NCBI RefSeq assembly: GCF_006345805.1
Contig: NC_043014.1
Coordinates: 40,362,001 to 40,426,000, forward strand
Direction: 5' to 3'
Length of the DNA: 64,000 nt
Source of the DNA: Octopus sinensis
Lineage: Eukaryota
The notes under the pieces were generated by a model. The model was not told the DNA's origin. It saw nothing but the letters and a program-made list of their open reading frames with translations, and ran no database searches. Of the stretch, positions 13,472-26,357 are shown piece by piece (positions within the stretch are counted from its first letter, which is position 1; every line of letters begins with the position of its first letter). The translations under genes and the position numbers were made by a program.

Positions 13472-15559
13472 CTGTTTCATTAAGTAATATCATCATCAAC
13501 ACTTAACATCCACTTTTCGATGCATGCATAGGTCAGATGAGATTTGTTGTGGCAGATTTTCTGGGGTTGGATACCCTCCTTGTCACCAATCATCACCTAT
13601 TTCCATGCAAGGTAATATTTCCTCATAGTCAGATGTTTTTCGGAGAAGAATAGAAATGAACAACACTGCTTATATAACAATGAAGCTCATTTACAACAAC
13701 CATCACATGATGCCAAGACAAGGTTACACACACACACACATGCATATCATTACTTGACTGGTACTTTATTTTATCAACTCTAAAAGATGAGAGGTAAAGT
13801 CAAGCCGTTGATCCTAGTAGGATTTGAACTCAGAACATAAAAGGTTAGAAGAAATACTTGAAGGAATTTTTTTCCAACAACTTTGTCGGCTCACCTCCTT
13901 AAATACCAGCTTAATAATAACTTATTTTACAAAAAATATTATATTTTCAAAGATTATTGAAACAAAGACAATGTTTTTCAACAGAAGTATGATATATAAA
14001 GGCTTAAACTCCTTCGGAAATTTGGGAATGTCAAAATGTTGTCTGTAGATATATACTTATTTCTTTGCTACCCACAAGGGGCTAAACACAGAAGGGACAA
14101 ACAAGGACAGACAAAGTGATTAAGTCGATTACGTCGACCCCCAGTGCATAACTGGTACTTATTTAATCGACCCCGAAAGGATGAAAGGCAAAGTCAACCT
14201 CAGCGGAATTTGAACTCAGAGCATAGCGGCAGACGAAATACCGCTAAGCATTTCGCCTGGCGTGCTAACGATTCTGCCAGCTCACCGCCTTGTATATACT
14301 ACTTGGATCATAATCATCATCGTAGTTATCTAATGTCCATTTTCCATGCTGGCATGGGTTAGACAGTTTGATGGGAGCTGGCAAGCTGGAGAGCTGCACC
14401 GGGTCCTAATCATCTCTTTTGGCTTGATTTCTACAGCTGGATGTTAACCCCTTTACAGGGTGTGCTGGGTGCTTGTTATGTGGCCCCAGCATGAATTCTT
14501 TCTTTTTCTTTTATTCTTTTACTTGTTTCAGTCATTTGACTGCGGCCATGCTGGAGCACCACCTTTAGTCAAGCAAATCTACCCCAGAACTTATTCTTTG
14601 TAAGCCACTTATTCTATTGGTCTCTGTAGCCGAACTACTAAGCTACGGGGAAGCAAACACACCAGGATCGGTTGCCAATCGATGTTGGTGGGGACAAACA
14701 CAGACACATAAACATATACACACACACACATATATATACATATATACGATGGGCTTCTTTCAGTTTCTATCTACCAAATCCACTCACAAGGTTTTGGTCG
14801 GCCCAAGGCTATAGTAGAAGACACTTGCCCAGAGTGCCATGCAGTGGGACTGAACCTGGAACCATGTGGTTGGTAAGCAAGCTAATTACCACACTGCCAC
14901 TCCTGCGCCTATTCTTCAGGAATTTGTAACCTTTTCGTTACCATACATCTGCTGAAATACATTACATTTGTTTTGGTTAATTTTGAAAATGATGAAATAT
15001 TTGACAAAATAACTAGTCGTTATTAAGCTGGTGTCATTATCGAAAGTGGGTGAGCTGGCAGAGTCGTTAACATGCTAGGCAAAATGCTTAGCAGAATTTC
15101 ATCTGTCTTTGTGTTCTGAGTTCAAATTCTGCCGGAGTTGACTTTGCCTTTCATTCTTTTGAGGTCAATAAATTAAGTACCAGTGAAATACTGAGGTCAA
15201 TGTAATCGACTAGTGCCCCTCCCCAACAAAATTTCAGGCCTTGTGCCTTTAGTAGAAAGGATTATTAAGCCTGGTGTTTGGAACAAAGTGACATAAAATT
15301 TTAAAGGAAGATTTAATTCAGACCACTTTAAAACAGGAAGTCTGTATCATAGTACAAGGAAAGTCAGGATTAGAAGGGTTAAACAAAACTAATTATGATA
15401 AAGAGAATGATAATTATTGTTATCAGTAATAATAGCAACGATGAAATTGAAATTGCATTACAGACCAGAGACAAATTAGTTTTACTTGGGGCAAGCGAAA
15501 TCGAAATCGAATTGAACCAGCCAGGATCCCTGGTCTGGTGGTACGTAAAAATCACTATC

Positions 15560-15860
15560 CGACTCGTGGCCGATGCCAGCACCGCCTCGACTGGCTTCCG
15601 TGCCGGTGGCACATAAAATACACCAATCTGACCGTGGCCGTTGCCAGCCCTGCCTGGCACCTGTGCAGGTGGCACGTAAAAAGCACCCACTACACTCACG
15701 GAGTGGTTGGCGTTAGGAAGGGCATCCAGCTGTAGAAACATTGCCAGATTAGACTGGAGCCTGGTGCAGCCTTCTGGCTTCCCAGAACCTTGGTCGAACC
15801 GTCCAACCCATGCTAGCATGGAGAACGGACGTTAAACGATGATGATGATGATGATGATGA
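15560..15860 (+). mobile_element. SINE family C with (GAT)n tail
   Basis: ggttggcgttaggaagggcatccagctgtagaaa...cccatgctagcatgg...gacgttaaac(gat)n; + copies at ~9865, 17200, 20530, 52640; - copies at ~4860, 5310, 6325, 11460, 11815, 12045, 20680, 51085, 54315, 57710, 61960. The central block resembles the MetaSINE domain from memory. Confidence 0.85.
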
Positions 15861-16181
15861 TTGAGGGTTTTTCTAGTTTGACAAAGCAACAAAACATAAA
15901 ATGTCAATGAGAATGTTTTGCACTTAAACTCTGACATTATTTTATAATAGTTACAAACTTGTTCTGGGATTAATAAATGGGATTAATAAATTGGCTGGGA
16001 TTAATAAATCACCAGTTTATCAAGAGAGGCGTTCTGACATTGAATGATAAATCCATAAACGAGACAATTAGAGCTATTAATTATTTGTGTTTAGAACAAT
16101 GAAGACATCAAGTCATCATTTATTTATTTACCTTATCTTAACTATTTACTGAAAGAGTGAATGGACCCTTATGTCAAAGTA

Positions 16182-16665
16182 TTGGGTCATTCCATAAATA
16201 ATGTGAATTTTTATACTTCCTTTATTTTTCAAAATTAAAATAAATAAAGTTCTTTTTTAATCTAAAATATACTCTCTTTCGTATTCTACAATGCTCTTCC
16301 ATCTATCTGGTAGACTTGCAAGGCCCCTCTTCCAAAATTCACTTGCCTGTGATGAAAAATACTCCTCCATTACTGTTCTGACCTTGTCTACAGAATTCAT
16401 ATTTTTTCTGTTCAAATGATTTTAAAGACTGCGGAATAAATGATAATCAGATGGAGCAATGTCCGGCAAATATGGTGGGTGGAACATCATTTCCCATTCA
16501 AACTGCTCCAGCCTTTGCAATGTCATCCTTGCCATATGAAGCTGAGCATTATCCTGATGGAAGAACACCTTTCGTCTTGAAATCAAAGATGGTTGTTTTT
16601 CTTCTACCACTGACTTCAGCCTCTCGAGCTGCTTGCAGTAGGTCTCCTTTGTTATCATTTGATTT
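16182..16665 (-). mobile_element. Mariner transposase 3' fragment with TIR
   Basis: FFHQDNAQLHMA...HPPYLPDIAPSDYHLFRSL; terminal TA|TTGGGTCATTCCATAA at 16180. Confidence 0.85.
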
Positions 16666-17699
16666 AGGTTGTCAAGCGATGTTGGTGGGACAAACATATA
16701 CACACACACATACATATATATATATGCATATATACGACGGCCTTCTTTCAGTTTCCATCTACCAAATCCACTCACAAGGCTTTGGTCAGCCCGAGGCTAT
16801 AGTAGAAGACACTTGCCCAAGGTGCCACGCAGTGGGACTGAACCTGGAACCATGTGGTTCATAAGCAAGCTACTTACCACACAGCCACTCACAACAAAAA
16901 ATGAATGAAAAGTTTTGAGAAAGTTGGGTTCAACAAAACAGAAAAAGAATGAAAGCTTTATTTTGTTGGTTTTTTGAATGACGAATAAAATGCAATAAAT
17001 ACGGTATTCACAAATAAATATCATAATGACGGAAAAGTCTAGTCTGGATAACTTCAACATGAATATATTTAATAGTTAGATGTACAAAGTGTTATTGCTA
17101 TCACATATTTTTTCAGATGTATATATACACACACTCTGCTTGAGGAGACCTATTGAGTCAAGTACATCAACATCAAAATAAATATCAAATGGAAATTGTA
17201 GTTGTGATACCTGTGCTGGTGGCATGTAAAATGCACCATCCGAATGTGGCTGATGCCAGCACTGCTTTTACGGGCTTCTGTGCCGGTGGCACATAAAAAG
17301 CACCAACTGATCATGGCCATTGCCAGCCTCTTCTGGCCCCTGCGCCGGTGGCACATAAAAAACACCCACTCTTGGAGTGGTTGGCGTTAAGAAGAGCATC
17401 CAGCTGTAGAAACACTGCCAGATCAGACTGGAGCCTGGTGCAGCCTCCTGGCTTCTCAGACCCCGGTCGAACTGTCCAACCCATGCTAGCATGGAAAATG
17501 GATGTTAAATGATGATGATGATGATGATAATGATGATGATATGTGTGAGAGAGAAAATGAATGATAGTAAGTGAACCTGAAAGAGAGACAAGCTTAATGC
17601 CTAATTACATGTTCAACCATCTCTGAAAAGTAGTTAGAATCAAAGCTATTTTTTTAATTCTTTTACTTGTTTTAGTCATTTGACTGCAGCCATGCTGGA

Positions 17700-17957
17700 G
17701 TGTGGCTCGGCTTTTTGTCTGATGTCACTTTGTCCAACATCACTTCGTCCTGATTTTTTTTGTCCAACTACTTTTTGTCCAGTTTTAAATTAACTCTTTA
17801 GAAAACAAGGTGAACATCAAAATCAAATAATCATTGAGAATTTTATTGATAGGATTTGTCATTGGACAAAAAAATCATTGGACAAAAAGACGTCGGACCA
17901 AAAGACACGGGTGAAAAGACATCTGACGAAGTCACGTCGGAGGAAAAGACATAGCAC
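17700..17957. mobile_element. MULE-like non-autonomous element inserted in a SINE
   Basis: GTG...CAC termini, 9-bp TSD CATGCTGGA, subterminal TTTGTCC and GGACAAAA arrays. Confidence 0.65.
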
Positions 17958-19134
17958 CATGCTGGAGCACCACCTTAAAGGGTTTTAGTCAAAGAAATCA
18001 ACCCCAGGACTTATTCTTTGTAAGCCTGGTACTTATTCCAACTGCAAGGTTATGGGGATATAGTCACATCAGCATCAGTTGTGAAGTGATGGTGGAGGGA
18101 CAAACACAGACACACAGAATCGTTAGCATGCCAGGGGAAATGCTTAGCGGTATTTCGTCTGCCATTACATTCTGAGTTCAAATTCCGCCGAGGTCTACTT
18201 TGCCTTTCTTCCTTTTGGGGTTGATTAAAAAGTACTAGTTACGCACTGGGGTCGATGTAATTGACTTAATCCCTTTGTCCTATCTATGTTTAGCCCCCTG
18301 TAGGCAATAAAGAAATAAAACACGAACATACAAATCCATAAATACATACACACACACACACACATGTACAACAGACTTCTTTCAGTTTCCATCTACCAAA
18401 TCCACTCACAAGACTTTGGTTGGCCTGAGGCTATAGTAGAAGACACTTGCCCAAGGTGCCACACAGTGGGACTGAACCTGGAACCATGTGGTTGGGAAGG
18501 AGCTTCTTACCACACAGTCATGTCTAAAGTTTAGGATAGTCTGTAAGCTTTTCCATGCATAAATGCCATGGACAAAAATAGATTTTGATGTTTTATGATA
18601 ATTTATCACAGGTGCTGTGATACTGTGTATCTTTGGCTGGAATAAATGCTAAAAGATGTGCCTACCTGTCTCTGTATATCAGTGGCTCTCAATCACATAA
18701 GATTTTTAAGGGTCCACGCAAGTAAACTAGTAAACTAGGGAACTACAGTAGTATATTAAGGGTCCTTGTAAAAAACCATGTGGTTTCAGCTACATCCATT
18801 AATACTTTATATTACATCATTTTTGTTATATGTTACCACTAGCTACTAACAAAAAAATGAAAGGAATACACCATCAACTAATGTAATCCTAGATACCTCA
18901 GAAAGATGAGATGACCTCAGCTGGAGTACTTTTGATCATAGGATTGGCCAATTAGAGCTGACCAGGATCTAAACAACAACTCCAACAACTAGTAAAATCA
19001 TATATATTTTTTAATAATATATTATTATTATCAATGTAAGGATATTAATATCCAAACTCCTCATAAAGATATAAAGTTTGGATATTAACTTCCATATATT
19101 AATAATAATAATATATTATTAAAAAATATATAGG

Positions 19135-19293
19135 CGCAGGAGTGGCTGTGTGGTAAGTAGCTTGCTTACCAGCCACATAGTTCTGGGTTCAGTCCCACTG
19201 CGTGGCATCTTGGGCAAATGTCTTCTACTATAGCCTCGGGCTGACCAAAGCCTTGTGAGTGGATTTGGTAGACGGAAACTGAAAGAAGCCCGT

Positions 19294-19326
<33 letters not shown>

Positions 19327-19540
19327 CTGTGTTTGTTCCCTCCAACATCGCTTGACAACCGATGTCAACATTGCTTGACAACCGATGTTGGTGTGTTTAC
19401 GTCCCCGTAACTTAGCGGTTCGGCAAAAGAGACCGATAGAATAAGTACTGGGCTTAGAAAGAATAAGTCCTGGAGTCGATTTGCTCGATTAAAGGCAGTG
19501 CTCCAGCATGGCCAGTCAAATGACTGAAACAAGTAAAAGA
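19135..19540 (+). mobile_element. SINE family B (tRNA head, central (TA)n(TG)n, tail ...gactgaaacaagtaaaagag)
   Basis: ggcgcaggagtggctgtgtggtaag...ccttgggcaag...; + copies at ~297, 30110, 39195, 40943, 42033, 58805; - copies at ~9605, 14505, 16665, 17660, 18360, 40162, 49510. Confidence 0.9.
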
Positions 19541-20183
19541 GTATTTGTATATATCGCTCATATTAAATATATGAATACTTTAATAGTATTAATACTTGGA
19601 TACAATTGAGCACTCAATATAAATTCAGTATATAATATTCTCATTGAATATATTTAACTAGTAAAATCATGTATTTTACTTTCAAATATTTTCTTCCTGC
19701 TCTGACTAAATGTATATAAATTAATTCACTTAATTAGTTTTCTTAGCTCTGTCTTTTTTTTAATTAAGCAAATTTTTTTCTCACTAATATTGTAGTTAAA
19801 AATCAGTAGATTACCTCCAAGCATTTAAATTAACTTCTTTGAAATTATCTTCCTTTCTCCTTGAGAGTCGCTAACAATTGCTACTGCGTTTTTGTTTCCT
19901 TTAGCAGTCTCAGAGAGAAATATCGATAAGTCAATAATTTGTGTACGGCATTAAGTATATCACCTTTAACTTAATTAAATGTTTGTATATGTGGGTGTAT
20001 GTGTGTGTATCTATTTATTTATCTATCTATTTATCTGTGGATTTCCACCCCGACATCTAAAACTTGGAGTTTTATTATGGCTACCGAATAATTGTCACAT
20101 ATTACATTTACAGATAAATTCCTCGGGTTGAGTCGGGGTTAACCACAGTAAATAAGGTACTCAATACATAGCAGAGTAAATTA

Positions 20184-20279
20184 ATTTATTTTATAGAAGG
20201 AGCTTCTACAGGACTAGAACTGTTTCATTCAAAAGTGAAACAGTTCTAGTCCTGTAGAAGCTCCTTCTATAAAATAAAT
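20184..20279. repeat. Perfect 44-bp inverted repeat with an 8-nt loop
   Basis: Arms 20184-20227 and 20236-20279 are exact reverse complements; loop TTCAAAAG. Confidence 0.95.
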
Positions 20280-21506
20280 ATATATATATATAAATTTATC
20301 TGTCTGTCCATTTGTCTGTGTGTGTAGTCCAATGAAAGTTAACAGACTGAAACTTCAAAACCTTCATCTCTCCACTTGTAAAAGTTTAGTAAATGTATAA
20401 TCTATTAAAACAAAGCAATTCTCCAGGTTTAATGTTATTGTTTTCTATTATAACTTTTAAAAAAACGTTTACAGACACACATATACGCACACATACATAC
20501 ATATATGTATATATATATATATATATATTGGGACCTGGTGCAGCCATCTGGTTCTCCAGCCCACAGTCAAACTGTCCAACCCATGGTAGCATGGAAAGCG
20601 GATGTTAAATTATGACGATGATGATGATATATATATATATATACATATGTGCATGAATACATATATATTTATATACATCATCATCATCATCATCATTTAA
20701 CACCTGTTGTCCATGCTGGTATGGGTTGTACAGTTTGACCAGAGCTGGTAAGCTGGAGAGATGCATCAGACTCCTGGCCAATGTGGCATGGTTTCTATGG
20801 CTGGATGCCCTTCCTAATGCCAACCACTTTACAGAGTCTGCTGGGTGCTTTTACAACCACACGGGTGCTTCTATGTGCCACCACACAGGCGCTTTTACAT
20901 GGTACTACACATATATATACATATATTTGTACACACACACATACACATATGCATATATGTATATTTGTGCGTGTAGATATAGATATACTGATACATAGAA
21001 AAGTATAGCACATATGCAAATATTTTTCATTGTCAAGGTGTCTTTACCTATTCTTTTATAACATGGCCTTTTGATAACAGTTTATTTTATTAATACCCAC
21101 TGCCCCACCTAGGTATTTTCTCTCAGTATATGTGTGGCCCTTAATTTATCCTAGCACACAGTTGATATTCATATCATCACTACAAGAAAAATGAGATTTG
21201 GACTTAGAATGTAGAGAAACATAACCACATGCAACAATCCATTCAGTCTTGCATTTTACTATTTCTGTCTATAATGAAAATGATAATGAGATTAACAATT
21301 ATAATAATGTTTTGCAAATTACCCAAATCTGAAAAAGAAAAATACCAAACATTAGGCAGATGGAAAGGATGACACTCCCAATGCAATTGGCAAATTTTGG
21401 TTAATTATCAAAAAAAAAAAAAAAACCTGTTCACACCCATCGTTAAACATTTTCTATGTGATAATCTATTCAGTATACAACCAATAATAACTTGGACTAT
21501 ATATTA

Positions 21507-22004
21507 TCTTTATATATAAAAGTGAAGTTGTGTGTCTGTCTCCTACGATTTAGATTCCTAACTACTCCCACATTTTGCGGTGCAGTTTAACCAAAAGCGG
21601 GTATCTTATAGTTGTCATTCATATCGAACCCTTCTGGGTATTAGCGCGCGTCTACGATGAGTCTACGATTTAAAAAATAATTTACCATCATTTTTTTCCA
21701 TTTTAATGCATTTTTCGCTATTATATAAGGGAAGTAACTCTCTAAAAATGTCTACGATGAGTCTACGATTTTAAAATAATTTACCATCATTTTTTTTCCA
21801 TTTTAATGCATTTTTTCGCTATTATATAAGGGAAGTAACTCTCTAAAAATGTCTACGATGAGTCAACGATTTAAAAAAAATTTGCCTTCATTTTTTTTCC
21901 CTTTTTAATGCATTTTTTTGCTACTTTTTGGTTATAAACTCTCTAAAAATGCTTATATAGTTATTTCCCTTACAAACCCGAGCAACGCCGGGCGATACTG
22001 CTAG
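21507..22004 (+). mobile_element. Non-autonomous Helitron
   Basis: A|TCTTTATATATAAAAG...CCCGAGCAACGCCGGG cgatactg CTAG|T; three internal ~100-bp tandem units. Confidence 0.9.
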
Positions 22005-22447
22005 TTGTTTATATCACCCTAAATATTTATTATTAATAGAGTCTCAATTTGGGTGGAAGTTGTAAGCAATTATGTCGATTCTGGTATGTGATTGGTGCTT
22101 TATATTTACCAACCCCAGAAAGATGAAAAGAAAGGTTGACTTTGACAAGATTTGAAATCTGTCAGTAAATAAACATGCATTTATTTATTAATTTATTTAA
22201 TTATTTTTGTTTTATTCATAGATTTATGCATGTACAATCAATAATTTAGTCATTACACAAAAGCAAAGCAGACAAACTATATAGAACAACACAATTATGA
22301 CAATTAGCAGGACTTTTGGAAATCCCACCATCATATAAATTTCATTATTTTTACTTTGATGCATAAATATATTTATGCTTTCATAACATTTACATTATTT
22401 ACATTATTTACACTTGACGGATATTTGTCCTCATCTTGTTTGTTGTT

Positions 22448-22490
22448 AACACTTTTCGGCTGATATACCCTCCAGCCTTTGTCAGGTGTC
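22448..22490 (-). ncRNA. Degenerate hammerhead motif inside a tRNA-headed element
   Basis: Minus strand GACAC-CTGACAA-A-GGCTG gagggtatat CAGCC-GAAA-A-GTGTT; stems I and II intact, stem III and triplet deleted. Confidence 0.55.
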
Positions 22491-22539
22491 TTGGGGAAAT
22501 TTCAAACCTGGGTTCTCATTCCTAAGGTATTTTTCGATG

Positions 22540-22815
<276 letters not shown>

Positions 22816-25723
22816 CAGGTCATTGCCTGGAATCAAACTTGGAATATTGGGGTTAATAGCTCGCACTCTTAACCACTATGCCATATGCCCATGGGCAAAC
22901 AAGATGAGGGCAAATATCTGTCAAATGTAAATAATGTAAATAACATATATAATTCTTCATCTCTTAAATATAGGTTTTTTTAAAGCAAACTCCAAGAGTG
23001 AACAATATATATGGCAGCAGTTTGGCATTACTGTTGCAGCAGCAATTACCGCAAGCACTGCATGGAATTTTGGCAGTAATTCTATTGAACGGAAAAAAAA
23101 GATATGTAGTGGGGAGGTATAGAATCATCTTCTGCATTCTGAAGAGTGAAGACTTCGATAAAACAAAGGCTGAAATTATTAGACATACTCCTACCCATTT
23201 ACTTGTGCCCCAGTATATCGGTCAGAATAACACATAGATGATGATAAGAACATTGGAAACAGTATGGATTGTGGCTGGTTATCACTTTTGTATCGCAATA
23301 TGGGTGAGTGATTAAAGCGAGGCTGGAAAGAGGGGACATGTAGACAAGAGGTTTTTCACGTCCTAATAACTGCCCATGGTCATAAGGTTGTTAGTGGAGT
23401 TGTACCCTGTTGAAGGTATTGATACAAAATCCATGAGACTTTTGTGGTGCAGCACATGTTAAAACCATGGCGGCGTTGTTGTTAAAAAGGCCTAGATGCA
23501 GCACATGTTGTTAAAAATGGCGGTGAGCTGGCAGAATCGTTAGCACACTGGGCGAAATGCTTAGCGGTATTTCGTCTGCCACTACGTTCTGAGTTCACAT
23601 TCTGCCGAGGTCGACTTTGCCTTTCATCCTTTCGGGGTCGATAAATTAAGTACCAGTTACGCACTGGGGTCGATGTAATCGACTTAATCCGTTTGTCTGT
23701 CCTTGTTTGTCCCCTGTATGTTTAGCCCCTTGTGGGCAATAAAGAAATACATGTTGTTAAAAACATTTCAGGGTCTTTTACAGAGTATGAATATGGGCTG
23801 TTCTAACCTGACCTAGCTCATAAGCCTTCCTACTTCTATGGACCTCATGTTTCATTTCCTTTGGCAAAATGACAGAATCGTTTGCATGTAGGATAAAATA
23901 CACAACAGCATTTCTTTCGGCTATTTGCGTTCTGAGTTCAGATTTCGCCAAGGTCAACTTTGCCTTTCATCTTTCAATATAGATAAAATAAAGTACCAGT
24001 CAAGTACTTGAGTCGATGTAATCGGCTAAACCTCTCTGCTGGCCTTGTACCAAAATTAGAAAGAATTAGACGGTATTTTAACGTACTTTGTATTTAATTA
24101 TTCCAAGGAAATATTTGTGCTCTATAAATTTTCAGTTCATCCATTTATACATCGTGTAACGTCTTTCAGCCTTCCCTCTCGTCTTTATATAACTTTTTAG
24201 TACCACACTGCACGTCTTTGTAAGTCCTTTATTTAATGTTTCTGCGTTTTTTTGTGTCTTCAAGCCCCTATAACTAGTAAAGGAAAAAAAATCATCATCA
24301 TCATAATTGTTAAGGCTGCAAGCTGGCAGAACAGTTAGCACGCCAGGTGAAATGCTTAGCAGTATTTCGCCCATTGCCTACATTCGGAGTTCAAAATTTG
24401 TTGGGGATCGACTTTGCCTTTCATCCTTTTGAGGTCGATAAATTAAGTACTAGTTGTGTACAGAGTCGATGTGATCGACTTACCCTCCCCACAAAATCCA
24501 GGTCTTGTACTAATAGTAGAAAGGTTTACTATTATTGTTGTTGTTGTTGTTGTAGTTAAGGCGGCGAGCTGGCAGAATCGTTACAGCGGCATTTTGTCTG
24601 TCTCAACATTCTGAGGTCGACTTTACTTTTTATCGTTTCGGAGTCGATAAAATAAGTACCAGTTAAGTACTGAGATCGATGTAATCGACTTAGCCCCTCA
24701 CCCGAAATTGCTGGCCTCGTGGCAAAATTTGAAATTATTGTTTTGTTGTTATTGCTGTGCTGTTGATTGCCGTTGACACCAAATAAATAAATAATACGTG
24801 ATAGCAAGAATTTTTATTTTACACTAACTCTGAGCTTTGAAATATTCAAATGTTTACACTGTTATCGGAGCAGGAAGACCAGATTTCATATCGTGTACAT
24901 TTATATTTTCAAACATTTATTTTGCTTTGTTTATTAATGGTTCAACATGGCTATCTCTGCAGAAGCCACAATTATTAGCTACAATGATGATTGATAGCAA
25001 TGAAAACAACTTCAACGTGTCTGTGGACACAGATATGAATTGAAAAAGAAGACAGGAAACGGAAAGGAATGAGATTTGATAAACTGATACAGTTATATAA
25101 GCACAAATCGTTACAATTTAAGAATAAAAAAAATGTGAAAAAAAAAGTAGCGAAAGGCAAATCTAAATAACAGTTGCAAAAGTTTCACCGTCTGCACAGC
25201 CACTGCTTTCAACAACACAACCGCCATCACCACTACCACCAACGATAACAACAACCGCACCTCATTTATTATTGCTAGTATAGATACTAGTATAGACATA
25301 GGTCGACTTCAGCAAAAGGAAAAAAGAAACTCAGAAAAAATACTATACTAAAGAGAGTGGTCTTTTTCCTGAACACAAGGAAAGTGTTACTTCTTACAAA
25401 AAAGATGGTGGAGCTCTGGGCGATATATATATATATTTCTTTATTGCCCACAGGGGTCTAAACATAGAGGGGACAAACTAGGACAGACAAAGGGATTAAG
25501 TTGATTACATCGACTCCAGTGCGTAACTGGTACTTATTTAATCGACCCCGAAAGGATGAAAGGCAAAGTCGACCTTGGCATAATTTGAACTCAGAACGTA
25601 GCGGCAGACGAAATACTATTTCTTTACTATCCACAAGGGGCTAAACACAGAGGGGACAAACAAGGAGAAACAAACGGATTAAGTCGATTACATCGACCCC
25701 AGTGCGTAACTGGTACTTAATTT

Positions 25724-26278
25724 GGATCTTTTCCTTTTCAACGGCACTTTTCAACACAATTTCTAGTTAACTAAACACTTTTAAGCTTCGTATACTGGTA
25801 GAATGTGTTTATAAATCATTTTTTCTTGGCCTTATTGAGAAAATTCTTTATGTTGTAACATATTTCGTCTTTAATTTCGAGCATTTCGGCAATTTTAACC
25901 AATCGCTGACCTCCATTTAGGTAAATAACATTCTGTGCATAATGAATATGTCCCTCCTTTAAGAAACAGATTGGGTTTATTTACATTTGTGAAGAAAAAA
26001 GATACCCTTCCCCCACCCCTAACCCTAACCCTAGCCCTAACCCTAAATCTAAAATAGATTGAAATGCAATAGATCGATACTAGGGTTATAATTATGGATG
26101 ACAGTTGTCGAATTTCGGTAATTTCAACCAATCAATGACGTGTATTCAGCTGAATGAAATTACTGCTGTTGTTTGTCAACAACTTCCGGCGGTTATAAAC
26201 CCTAACCCTAATCCTAACTCTAAAACCCTAACGCTAACCCTAACCGGATCTTTACCCTTTGAACGGCAGGAAAGATCC
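25724..26278 (+). mobile_element. Rearranged GGATC-family MITE with expanded (CCCTAA)n
   Basis: GGATC...GATCC termini; two telomere-like tracts; no TSD seen. Confidence 0.7.
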
Positions 26279-26357
26279 ATAATATGTCTATGCAGAGCTA
26301 ATACAGACTGAATACAGGGGTCTCAGACAGACCGAATTTCGCTTTTATTAATATAGA

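Noticed and set aside
19495-19540. SINE B 3' hairpin CAGTCAAATGACTG followed by AAAC as a hammerhead half
   Set aside because: No CUGANGA upstream in any copy.
26010-26245. (CCCTAA)n as a telomere or chromosome-fusion scar
   Set aside because: Short, degenerate and embedded at the same position in every MITE copy.
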